Origin: Auanema rhodensis
Taxonomy: Eukaryota > Animalia > Nematoda
Direction: 5' to 3'
NCBI GenBank assembly: GCA_964057225.1
Contig: OZ059900.1
Span: forward strand, 26,350,001 to 26,414,000
Length of the DNA stretch: 64,000 nucleotides
The notes under the pieces were generated by a model, which did not search any database, had not been told where the DNA came from, and worked only from the letters and a program-made list of their open reading frames with translations. The first letter of the stretch is position 1. Every line of letters begins with the position of its first letter. The position numbers were made by a program, and so were the translations under genes. Below, one piece after another: positions 39,580 to 51,866 of this stretch.

Positions 39580-40577
39580 GATTTAAATATCCGTAATCAT
39601 GTCAATGATCAGTACCAACATTGAAAAGAAAACTGCTACTACGTATAAACATACTCTACTTTGCGCGGAACAAATAAATACAGAACTTGATTCATTTGAG
39701 TTTCAGAATGAAAATTTGGATATTCTTCCAAATGGTCAGGTTTTTAAAAAATAATTTCTTTATGTTATCAAATTGTTTTCAGATTTACAAATTGTTGATA
39801 TTATCGAGTTTCAAGGATTGCGATGTTCAACACCTTTGAGCGAAAGAAAGTTACCAAGTGTCGATAAGTTCATCTTAAAAAGTACAAACGTGTAATGAAT
39901 AACAAATTTTTTTATCAAATTTTCAGAAGAACCATTAGACGTTTCTGATATTTTATGTAAGAAAGTTGAAGAAGGTTTGATCATTGTAAAAATGTCTGTA
40001 AAGATTTTTATTTTGCAGTTGTAGCTGTTTCTAATGAACCTCATAGGGCTCAAAATGACTGTTTCTTTACTGAAATAAAGAAAAAAAGAAGAAGTTCGGG
40101 AGATGTGATTATTGAGTGCAAATGTGAGATTGCACATCTCAAAAATAGGGCTATTTCAAAAATTGCTAGTGAGAATTTTAAACATATTCAAATCTCAATA
40201 AATTGTACTTTTCTAGAAAATATTCAACTGATTGACGAACGGCAATGCATTCCTGATTATTGCACAATCGGTTGCAAACCATTGGTATATCATAAAACTA
40301 CACGCTCCTGGCGCCCAGCCATTATTGAAGATATTTCCGATGTATATAGTAGCATAAAGTATTCGTTGATGACAGTAAATTCCACAATCTGAGTATTGTT
40401 ATTTTCAGAGCGATGACGTGCCAGATAAAATGATTGCAAAAAAATAACATTTTTTGCTCACAAAAACAAGACTTGTGGGAAAAAAAAAATTGGCCGAAAC
40501 ACATGTATAGATTAGTTTGCGATGATATTTCTGAGCCACATCTCTACTTGATTCAATCATTAAAAGATCTTGCTTGA
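39580..40577 (+). pseudogene. Spliced gene of unknown function with possible Tudor-like C-terminal barrel (mirror copy ~53346-54360 -)
   Basis: Several short introns. Segment GCKPLVYHKTTRSWRPAIIEDI...IKY resembles a Tudor strand pattern. Stops and indels are present. Confidence 0.45.
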
Positions 40578-41560
40578 ATATATGTAACCTTTTTCATATA
40601 TTCTCATTTTTATAATTTACTCGTTTTTACATTTTTCATGCCATCAATCCTCATTTTATGATCAAAAATAAAAAGTTTTACGATCGATTTGAGTATTTTT
40701 CTACATGTCAGAGCATATTGAAATTGTGTTCAATCATTAAAACAAGTTTAGTTCAGTCTTATGAAACGTTTTATATTTTATAAAAAAATCATATTTTAAC
40801 AATTGAATTGTTGTTCTTTGATATCTGTTAAAATGCTCAACCTTTGGCCTGTTTTGTTTTGTTACAACTAACAAATTTATTAAAAAAAATACCAGAACCC
40901 AATCAATTTTAGAAGTTCAATGAAATATAAAATAAAAAAATATAAAAATATTTTAAACATATCTTGAACTAATTCTATATGTAAAAAGCAGTTGTCTATT
41001 TGTTCAAATATTCTAAATTAGTGAAAGAACTTCTTCCATTCACAAGAAACTTAAATTGGTGTGAGAGTTTGTTTCATAATTTATTTTGCGGAAATCAAGA
41101 TATAGGTTTTTTTAAATATCAATTTACAATTCATTTTCTATGCGTTTATTTTCAGATAAACTAATTTAAATATTTTATTCAATTATATTATTCACTCTGA
41201 GGTTTAAATAATATTTGAAGTTCTTCCATCTGGGAATGTACACAGAAAATAAAACCTGTTATGAAGGAGAATTTCGTCAGAACAAGTAGTTGTATTTCAG
41301 CTATTTCAGAACAAGTATGTGTCTGATCTCAAAAAAGTAGGATCTACGAATTTTTTTTCTCTATATATTTTGTTTAATGTGTGGATATTCCATTCTTACT
41401 TGATTTTTATTGATTTGGCAATTTAATTTAACTACCTCATTTTTTCATGTGTCAGTGATATGAATTTTGCATATGTTGCTGAAAATTTAGGCAAACGCAG
41501 ACTTAATCCTTCAATAGGTATATTTTCGATTTTTCCAGAGTTCTCAAAATTATTTTTTAG

Positions 41561-41965
41561 GACTAGATATGTGGAGCGCGAACGGAACTGCAGCTGAAGG
41601 GCTCACGGAAGAAGAAAGAGATTTCATCGATGACTCATATGGTGAGTGGATTTATTCAATGTAAAACGTGAATCTAATATTCCTATCTTTCAGATTTAGA
41701 AAAAGAAAAAGTTGAAATGTTTTCTTTATTGAGCGGTGAGAAACACGGACAAGAAAAAAGAGCTGTAAGCAGAAGAATTGAATCGAGGAAAGATGTATTC
41801 ATCTTAGACAAACCACGCAGAATTCAAGTTAGTTTTCAATATATGTGTTCTAACTCGACAAATTTAATGCAATTTCTATTGATAGTTTTAAAAATTCCCG
41901 AAGAGCGTAATTATTTGCTCGAGCTTAAAAAAAACAGTTTGGAGAAAAAAAGAAAAACTCGCTAA
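41561..41965 (+). pseudogene. Spliced gene fragment, unknown function (mirror copy ~51956-52360 -)
   Basis: Exons GLTEEERDFIDDSY and DLEKEKVEMF...KPRRIQ with GTGAGT and TTTCAG sites. Confidence 0.4.
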
Positions 41966-42054
41966 TTAATGGTTTCTCTAGGTGTGCTAGAGAAATAACG
42001 GTACGTTTCAATATTTTTCCAATTTCCATGAGACATTACAGTTTTGTGCCAGTT

Positions 42055-43195
42055 CAAAGTTATCTATTTCATCTATGATAATTGCTTCTTGGTTTTTGTA
42101 TTCTGTAATTGAAACATTAATAATTGAAATATGTCATACTTATTCACTTTCGAAATGTGCCGAATTATCAGCTACTATGTGATACACACTATTACCTGGA
42201 AAATGAAACGTTAAGTGAAACAAAGTGTTAACCAAGAAAAAACCTAGAAACTTTGAAGCAAAATGTGTTTTTCCTGTTCCTACATCACCATATAGTACAT
42301 AAACGCGGACATTGGTTCTGTAAGCTTCCTTTGGTTCTTGGAAAGCACACAATTGTTTCAATTGTGTCTGATGTCGCATGGCAGCATCAAGTTTCAGTCC
42401 CATGCAGTCACGAAAACTCCAGCCATCATTTTCGATTTTTTTATCATTATGTCTAAATATCCGAGACTGAGTTCATTATCCTTGGTTCCTTAACGTTTCC
42501 AATAGGAAAACAACGAAAAAAAATTTTTTAACTATACCTCTGACACAGTAGCTATTATGGTTCATGGACTCTCTGAACTTCTTCAAATCCACAGCATTGA
42601 TTATTTTAGTAACTGTGATATTGAAAGAATTAGTCAGCTCATCATGCCGTAATAATTTAGTGAAGTACTGGATTACTTCAGTTTCAGTGGTGAGCGTATT
42701 GAAGTGTATTATCATCTGAAAAAATCCATAAAGAGTGAAACATATTGATAAAGTACTTACGCTTATATTATCATCACCGTCATCATCATTGGAAAATTCG
42801 ATACATTTCATGAATGCATTTTTTGAATCAATGGTCACATCAGTCATCCATTGCACAAATATATCAGTGATCACTTTGAGATAAAATGAAATGAATACAC
42901 AACAGCAAATGATTTTTCATCTTTAGTAGATTGTCTTATCTAAAAAAATTTTTTTTTTTTACAAACAGCAATATTACTTTTTTCATTTGATCCGAAATAG
43001 ATAGTGGCGCTGGAGTATTTGTATCATTTTCAATCGAACGCGTTGATTTAGAAACTTGTGTTAGTATTCTGTTCTATATTCAAAAATTATTAAATGAGAA
43101 AATTCAAGAACATACCCATTCCTGATAAATTATAGAGTTTTCTTCATCGAAGTTTTGAGATTGATTGGATACTGGTATTTCTTCTTCTACATCTT
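42055..43195 (-). pseudogene. CRESS-Rep-like SF3 helicase gene, paralog 2 (left copy)
   Basis: RVYVLYGDVGTGKTHFA ... YKNQEAIIIDE split by short introns. The 5' end is replaced by the 37-bp array. Confidence 0.78.
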
Positions 43196-43543
43196 CATGA
43201 GATCTATGACTAAGCATATGACTAAGTCTAAGCATGAGATCTATGACTAAGCATATGACTAAGTCTAAGCATGAGATCTATAACTAAGCATATGACTAAG
43301 TCTAAGCATGAGATCTATGACTAAGCATATGACTAAGTCTAAGCATGAGATCTATGACTAAGCATATGACTAAGTCTAAGCATGAGATCTATGACTAAGC
43401 ATATGACTAAGTCTAAGCATGAGATCTATGACTAAGCATATGACTAAGTCTAAGCATGAGATCTATGACTAAGCATATGACTAAGTCTAAGCATGAGATC
43501 TATGACTAAGCATATGACCAAGTCTAAGCATGAGATCTATGAC
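43196..43543 (-). repeat. 37-bp telomere-derived array (~9.4 units)
   Basis: Reverse complement of the repeat in 104-6282. Confidence 0.95.
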
Positions 43544-44820
43544 GAAATCAAAGGTGAAAGTTTCAACTCTCTCAAGTTTCTCCGAAAAAAACTCCGGTTC
43601 GGCCCCCAAGTCAAATAATAGCATCCTAGTGGGCATCCCTCTCTTTCAATAGCTGATGATGCTGTGTTGAAAAACCCAGAAATGCATAAATCTACACCTA
43701 TCAGCCTTTTAGTCAAGTCTTCATGCATTTTGGAGACTATCTTACTACCTCTCAGCATTTCTACGCCGTTGCTATATACTCTATTTAGGAAGGTGCTACT
43801 TCTCCAACTTATTAGCGTTTTAGTCTTGTCAATCAAGAAACCTAAGTCACCGTAAACTCTACATAGAAATTCAAAAAAGTGCTCGCTTTTGTTGAGAAGT
43901 GTTTGAACAGTTCCATTCCCTTTAGTGTGCAATTCCAAGGTGGCATCATCTATCATTACCTTAACCTTACAAATATCAAATCTGCTAATTATCTTTGCTC
44001 TTCTAGCACACCTAGATGTGTATGCACAAATGCACGAGTGAATAATAGTATCTAAAGAACCAAACCATCCTTGAATTCCACCATTGTCAAGGGTAGAAAT
44101 CATCCTTATGCCTCTCCTGTTAGTTACCATCATTATTCTTTTAAAGAAGTAACTTATCTCTTGAAATGGGGAATATTCAAAGAGACTAGTATGGACTTTT
44201 CATTGCACATAATTGGCCCCTTTACAATAGTATCTAATAGCTCATTATTTCTATACCTATGAATTGGATCAATTTCACCAGTAGCCTCCTCTATGTTACT
44301 ACTTATGCGCGTGACATCATGTGCGTCCAAGTATGCTGTGTCTGCATAATCTACCCATTTTAGGAGCCTCTTAAGGCTGCACTCACCTAAATCCTCATCT
44401 GGTATGGACACCTCTAAACCTTGCAGTAACCTCTTCATCCAAGTCTTTTTCTTAACTTTATCATAATTTTCAATATGAGACGTGATATCTCTATCATGAT
44501 ACCCCTTAGTCTTCAGATGCCTTACTACAGCAACCAGCAAATGACCCTTCATAAACTTAATGAACTCATCCCTTGTTTCTTGTCTGAAGGGATTTTGGGA
44601 ATTCATTTTGACATATGTATTTACGTGAAGATCTTGTATACTGCAATCAGCAGTAGGTAGTAGGTGGTATAAATAACTGATGCCTATCCTGTGCCTCTCG
44701 GGAAATCCTTGCAGTATACAATGCCATGGGGTGAAATTAGGCATAAGATCAAAAATCTCTTGCTCTAACACTCTTTTCTTGGACTCCGAACCAGTCTAAC
44801 AAGACATAGCAACCTTGTAC
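43544..44820 (-). pseudogene. Endogenous negative-strand RNA virus L (RdRp) fragment, qinvirus-like (left copy)
   Basis: Mirror of 49065-50341. Confidence 0.85.
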
Positions 44821-45940
44821 AAAAAAATGAACATCAATCAATGTTTATGAAAGGGTGTGTGGCGGGATTTGAAAAAAACGTTTTGTTTCACGTGGTGTAA
44901 TTGATTATTCGCGCGCTTTGGAACATTTTTAGCGCTAGTGCGTTTTTGCGATCCACCCTGTTAAACATAGTGGCCATACCAAGCCCTAAAAGGTTTTTCT
45001 CGAGCATAGTTGTATAATTTTTCAAATCATCAACTCTTATACGGTCAGTTGATTTATTATAAGGTAATGGGCCACCCGAATGCCAAAAATGAGTAATTAA
45101 AGGTAAATCGTTTTTGCGACAACCAACATACTGAACGAAACAAGACTCATTGAGAGAATGTAACTGGAGTTTCAAAAGCTCCGTTTCTTTTTCCCACACT
45201 TCCATTGAGTCAAAAAATTTATGATCGTTGTAGCGACATAAAGGACTCAGTAATACTATATGCGCTTGCAATACTACCCCCAAACGTGACAAAATTCTCA
45301 AAATTTCTTGAATTTCGGAAGTATTTGTAATCATTGGTAGTGTTACAAAAACATATTTCAAATTTACTTTGTTTAGTAAATATCGTGGAATATCTTCTTT
45401 CATTGAAGAATACTCAACTGAACGACCATAAGGAAATTCAAATTCTGTTAACCCGCTATAGTTTTTAGGGTAGAAGAAAATATCTTCTTTAACTCTCTTT
45501 TCTTCCCGAGAGATTTTTCCTAACGAAAAAAGAAATGCTTTTGAGGCGTTGTCTTCTGACATTCCAAAAAGGGCGCATTCTGTGAATGTTAGATGATAAT
45601 TCTCTAACAATAAATAATCTATTTTAGCGTGTAAACAATTTTTCCGTTGAATACAAAATGCTTCAGCCATGTTTATTGCTTGCGGCATGACTTGCATACG
45701 ATTAATAACATTGAGTTTTTGATCAATCCATATTTTTGGATTCTCTAAAACTTCGATAAACTGGGCCAGACGATATGTATTTGAAATTTGTAGTCCTTTG
45801 AGTGGTATCGGACATTTCTCTTCAAAAATGGAGCCATAAGTTGCTGTTTTCCAACTGCACTGTTCTTCATATCCGTTGTTTCTTTGTTATTTTCCCGAAC
45901 ATTTATACAAAGGGTAATCATAATGTTAAACATGATTTTT
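44821..45940 (-). mobile_element. Inverted copy of the 3' region of the LTR retrotransposon
   Basis: ORF 44888-45697 mirrors 48275-48997 and continues into sequence absent from the + copy. Inner boundary is approximate. Confidence 0.65.
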
Positions 45941-48900
45941 TACAGGTTGAACAAGTAACCGATAGAAAATTCATGAATCTGTCAATTACAAATAGTCAAA
46001 AAGGTTCGTTAGTAAATTCTAAACTGAATAAATCCTTTTCTTCTTTACAGCTGAAGAGCTCAGCAAGAAAGAACGAACTTTACAGCCAGGAGTGCAGTTA
46101 TCAGGGTGAGTCCTTTTACGATATTGCAAAACTCATGAAAACCCAGTTACTACCTGAAGTTGAGGCTTATAAGGGTGGATCGTATAGTGAATTCGTTGAT
46201 TTCACAGAACGATTTAACTATAAATACCCAGATGATGTTTTTTCTCAACGTGAGAAAAAACTTTTATTCATCAATAAACTCTAAGGCGAGATCAGAAACC
46301 GCTATAGAGAGTTACCTGAAGCCATAAAGCAAAGTTCCTTAGATGTCATAGTGAACAGTTTACGTATAGAGTCAACCGTTTCACAAAGGCAGGGAAGAAT
46401 GCAGGCTACTGAAAACTTGAGAAGTTTGAAATGGAATAGATCCCAGTCGTTAGTAAATTACTGCGATGAGTTAGAAAAACTAACTCAACTGGCTAATCCA
46501 GATTTATTTCCTGGTTTATTATCGTTCGAAAGAGCTAATAAACTGTCCCAAGAACTTTGTAACTGTTCTTGTGGAGTTTCCATTCTTGAAAAAATAGAGG
46601 ATGAGGAGGACGAAGAAATTTACGAAAAAGTAAAACAAATCGCCCTCAGATGTGAACGAAATGAGTTAACTCGTTCAATCAATCAATCCAATAAATCCGA
46701 GCAGAAACAAAACTTGAGCCGGAAACATTATCCTCATATTTTCGATGAGAGAACAGTGAGAAACACTAATAATAATGAAATTATTTGTGTAAACTGTAAT
46801 AGAAAAGGACATACTGCAAACGTATGTTTTAAAAGACAAAATGAGAGAATAGAGAATGAAAGTAGACTTAATACTCCTCGAGAACCACCCAGCATTAACA
46901 GAAAAGCTGAGAGTTGGAATCGGGCAATCCAAATCACTTCATGTGATTTGGGAAACCCCCCATTGTTTTGTAAACCAGCATTAGGGAGAATGACTTTATG
47001 TCAAGTTCATTAGCATGATGCATTAATAGATACTGGATCACAAATTTCAGTTATCAGTTCATCATTGCTAGTTCGAGTAATCGACGTGTTGAAACAAAGA
47101 AAAATCAACGCAGATGAAAGAATAGTAGAACTACCATGGACTAATAAAAAGTTCATAGTCAACGCATCAGGTGACCAAATGTATTTTGTTGGCGCCGTGC
47201 GAATGTCTGTTTTGTGTGATGAAAACCACAAAGAGGCAATTGTTGACTTTTTAGTCAGCAAAAACAAAGAAAATCAAATGATATTAGGTACAAATTGTTT
47301 GAATTCTTTAGACATATGCTTGAAGTTCAATAAAACTCAAGCAATGACTTTAAAAAGAGTGTATTTACCTCCTTTTTCGCAAAATCAAGTGTTAGTTTCT
47401 TGTCACGCGATCTCAATAAAAAGAGAAATGTTTTTTAACGCTCTTACTGCTGTTGCAGTTTCGGGAATATATCCCATCAAAGATAATGTATCAACCGTGA
47501 ATTAACATAATAACACGGACAACCCTGTGATAATTAAGGCAGGAGAATTTATAGGTCACTGGAGATCTGGTTTTGAAACAATAGAGCCAAATCCAGCGAT
47601 AAAAAAGATCAGTTTGAGAGAAAAACCTGAACACGAATGCGAAATACAGCATCAGGACTCTTACCGATTGGATAAACGAACTTTTGAGAGTCAAAAGTTT
47701 AAAGCTCCTAATTTGGGGTTAGTTAAAAACAATGTGCAGGTTGCTCTAAATGAAGCCGACCTAACACATACTGATATGGTCACAAAACCAATCAGACAGA
47801 AAGTTCTAATTGTTCCTATTAGAGTCAGGAACGGATTTAAGAAGGTTTTCAAAAATCTTCTAAACAAGAGAATGAATGAACCTAGCATTAATGCTATGGC
47901 TCTTCCTATTGTTTCAATAGAAAATAAAAATAGGAATGATGAAACCAAAAAAAGGTTTAAATCATACTATGAGAAAAAGAGTGAGAAAAAATCCGATTCA
48001 CCAAAAATAAGTGATCGAGTTTTCATTAAAACACCTTTTGAAAAAAGAGGTGATCCGAATAAGAAACAAGCTTTCGAATTTCGATGACGGCACAAAGTGA
48101 TAACAAAGCATAACACTTTTGCATTTATTAATGAACTAGAGGAAAATAATGAACCTCTAAAAGTTCAAACAGATCTACTACATAAAATCCCTGATAAAGT
48201 GGGAGTAGTAACTGCTGAAACAAAACGTAACAGGGAAAAAATGTGTTTGTTTACACGCTAAAATATATTATCTATTGTTAGAGAATTATCATCTAACATT
48301 CACAGAATGCGCCCTTTTTGGAATGTCAGAAGACAACGCCTCAAAAGCATTTCTTTTATCGTTAGGAAAAATCTCTCGGGAAGAAAAGAGAGTTAAAGAA
48401 GATATTTTCTTCTACCCTAAAAACTATAGCGGGTTAACAGAATTTGAATTTCCTTATGGTCGTTCAGTTGAGTATTCTTCAATGAAAGAAGATATTCCAC
48501 GATATTTACTAAACAAAGTAAATTTGAAATATGTTTTTGTAACACTACCAATGATTACAAATACTTCCGAAATTCAAGAAATTTTGAGAATTTTGTCACG
48601 TTTGGGGGTAGTATTGCAAGCGCATATAGTATTACTGAGTCCTTTATGTCGCTACGACGATCATAAATTTTTTGACTCAATGGAAGTGTGGGAAAAAGAA
48701 ACGGAGCTTTTGAAACTCCAGTTACATTCTCTCAATGAGTCTTGTTTCGTTCAGTATGTTGGTTGTCGCAAAAACGATTTACCTTTAATTACTCATTTTT
48801 GGCATTCGGGTGGCCCATTACCTTATAATAAATCAACTGACCGTATAAGAGTTGATGATTTGAAAAATTATACAACTATGCTCGAGAAAAACCTTTTAGG

Positions 48901-49064
48901 GCTTGGTATGGCCACTATGTTTAACAGGGTGGATCGCAAAAACGCACTAGCGCTAAAAATGTTCCAAAGCGCGCAAATAATCAATTACACCACGTGAAAC
49001 AAAACGTTTTTTTCAAATCCCGCCACACACTCTTTCATAAACATTGATTGATGTTCATTTTTTT
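45940..49064 (+). mobile_element. Gypsy/Ty3 (Cer-like) LTR retrotransposon, internally deleted and decayed
   Basis: Gag with zinc knuckle CVNCNRKGHTANVC, protease ALIDTGSQIS, the start of RT (KPIRQK...EPS...LPIV) fused near 47930 to the integrase C-terminus (FKSYYEK...DRVFI...KKQAFEF), then a 3' accessory ORF. Many stops. Confidence 0.85.
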
Positions 49065-50341
49065 GTACAAGGTTGCTATGTCTTGTTAGACTGGTTCGGA
49101 GTCCAAGAAAAGAGTGTTAGAGCAAGAGATTTTTGATCTTATGCCTAATTTCACCCCATGGCATTGTATACTGCAAGGATTTCCCGAGAGGCACAGGATA
49201 GGCATCAGTTATTTATACCACCTACTACCTACTGCTGATTGCAGTATACGAGATCTTCACGTAAATACATATGTCAAAATGAATTCCCAAAATCCCTTCA
49301 GACAAGAAACAAGGGATGAGTTCATTAAGTTTATGGAGGGTCATTTGCTGGTTGCTGTAGTAAGGCATCTGAAGACTAAGGGGTATCATGATAGAGATAT
49401 CACGTCTCATATTGAAAATTATGATAAAGTTAAGAAAAAGACTTGGATGAAGAGGTTACTGCAAGGTTTAGAGGTGTCCATACCAGATGAGGATTTAGGT
49501 GAGTGCAGCCTTAAGAGGCTCCTAAAATGGGTAGATTATGCAGACACAGCATACTTGGACGCACATGATGTCACGCGCATAAGTAGTAACATAGAGGAGG
49601 CTACTGGTGAAATAGATCCAATTCATAGGTATAGAAATAATGAGCTATTAGATACTATTGTAAAGGGGCCAATTATGTGCAATGAAAAGTCCATACTAGT
49701 CTCTTTGAATATTCCCCATTTCAAGAGATAAGTTACTTCTTTAAAAGAATAATGATGGTAACTAACAGGAGAGGCATAAGGATGATTTCTACCCTTGACA
49801 ATGGTGGAATTCAAGGATGGTTTGGTTCTTTAGATACTATTATTCACTCGTGCATTTGTGCATACACATCTAGGTGTGCTAGAAGAGCAAAGATAATTAG
49901 CAGATTTGATATTTGTAAGGTTAAGGTAATGATAGATGATGCCACCTTGGAATTGCACACTAAAGGGAATGGAACTGTTCAAACACTTCTCAACAAAAGC
50001 GAGCACTTTTTTGAATTTCTATGTAGAGTTTACGGTGACTTAGGTTTCTTGATTGACAAGACTAAAACGCTAATAAGTTGGAGAAGTAGCACCTTCCTAA
50101 ATAGAGTATATAGCAACGGCGTAGAAATGCTGAGAGATAGTAAGATAGTCTCCAAAATGCATGAAGACTTGACTAAAAGGCTGATAGGTGTAGATTTATG
50201 CATTTCTGGGTTTTTCAACACAGCATCATCAGCTATTGAAAGAGAGGGATGCCCACTAGGATGCTATTATTTGACTTGGGGGCCGAACCGGAGTTTTTTT
50301 CGGAGAAACTTGAGAGAGTTGAAACTTTCACCTTTGATTTC
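49065..50341 (+). pseudogene. Endogenous negative-strand RNA virus L (RdRp) fragment, qinvirus-like (right copy)
   Basis: Intronless. Motif B-like GGIQGWFGSLDTIIH, motif C VMIDDA, motif D/E YGDLGFLIDKTKT...FLNRVY.NG. The N-terminal part is in another frame and motif A is not seen. Confidence 0.85.
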
Positions 50342-50726
50342 GTCATAGATCTCATGCTTAGACTTGGTCATATGCTTAGTCATAGATCTCATGCTTAGAC
50401 TTAGTCATATGCTTAGTCATAGATCTCATGCTTAGACTTAGTCATATGCTTAGTCATAGATCTCATGCTTAGACTTAGTCATATGCTTAGTCATAGATCT
50501 CATGCTTAGACTTAGTCATATGCTCAGTCATAGATCTCATGCTTAGACTTAGTCATATGCTTAGTCATAGATCTCATGCTTAGACTTAGTCATATGCTTA
50601 GTTATAGATCTCATGCTTAGACTTAGTCATATGCTTAGTCATAGATCTCATGCTTAGACTTAGTCATATGCTTAGTCATAGATCTCATGCTTAGACTTAG
50701 TCATATGCTTAGTCATAGATCTCATG
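50342..50726 (+). repeat. 37-bp telomere-derived array (~10.4 units)
   Basis: Same unit as 104-6282, one unit longer than the mirror array. Confidence 0.95.
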
Positions 50727-51866
50727 AAGATGTAGAAGAAGAAATACCAGTATCCAATCAATCTCAAAACTTCGATGAAGAAAACTCTATAATTTATCAG
50801 GAATGGGTATGTTCTTGAATTTTCTCATTTAATAATTTTTGAATATAGAACAGAATACTAACACAAGTTTCCAAATCAACGCGTTCGATTGAAAATGATA
50901 CAAATACTCCAGCGCCACTATCTATTTCGGATCAAATGAAAAAAGTAATATTGCTGTTTGTAAAAAAAAAAATTTTTTTAGATAAGACAATCTACTAAAG
51001 ATGAAAAATCATTTGCTGTTGTGTATTCATTTCATTTTATCTCAAAGTGATCACTGATATATTTGTGCAATGGATGACTGATGTGACCATTGATTCAAAA
51101 AATGCATTCATGAAATGTATCGAATTTTCCAATGATGATGACGGTGATGATAATATAAGCGTAAGTACTTTATCAATATGTTTCACTCTTTATGGATTTT
51201 TTCAGATGATAATACACTTCAATACGCTCACCACTGAAACTGAAGTAATCCAGTACTTCACTAAATTATTACGGCATGATGAGCTGACTAATTCTTTCAA
51301 TATCACAGTTACTAAAATAATCAATGCTGTGGATTTGAAGAAGTTCAGAGAGTCCATGAACCATAATAGCTACTGTGTCAGAGGTATAGTTAAAAAATTT
51401 TTTTTCGTTATTTTTCTATTGGAAACGTTAAGGAACCAAGGATAATGAACTCAGTCTCGGATATTTAGACATAATGATAAAAAAATCGAAAATGATGGCT
51501 GGAGTTTTCGTGACTGCATGGGACTGAAACTTGATGCTGCCATGCGACATCAGACACAATTGAAACAATTGTGTGCTTTCCAAGAACCAAAGGAAGCTTA
51601 CAGAACCAATGTCCGCGTTTATGTACTATATGGTGATGTAGGAACAGGAAAAACACATTTTGCTTCAAAGTTTCTAGGTTTTTTCTTGGTTAACACTTTG
51701 TTTCACTTAACGTTTCATTTTCCAGGTAATAGTGTGTATCACATAGTAGCTGATAATTCGGCACATTTGGAAAGTGAATAAGTATGACATATTTCAATTA
51801 TTAATGTTTCAATTACAGAATACAAAAACCAAGAAGCAATTATCATAGATGAAATAGATAACTTTG
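50727..51866 (+). pseudogene. CRESS-Rep-like SF3 helicase gene, paralog 2 (right copy)
   Basis: Walker A GDVGTGKT and Walker B IIIDE. Frameshifts are present and the gene breaks off after Walker B. Confidence 0.78.

Larger units (their letters stand above)
35203..45638. repeat. Left arm of large inverted duplication
   Basis: Reverse complement of 48247-59524. Mirrored ORFs are nearly identical (e.g. 44154-44771 vs 49114-49731 differ at 2 aa). Confidence 0.95.

Noticed and set aside
44888-48997. 3' retrotransposon ORF as env
   Set aside because: No evident signal peptide or C-terminal transmembrane anchor; left as an accessory region.
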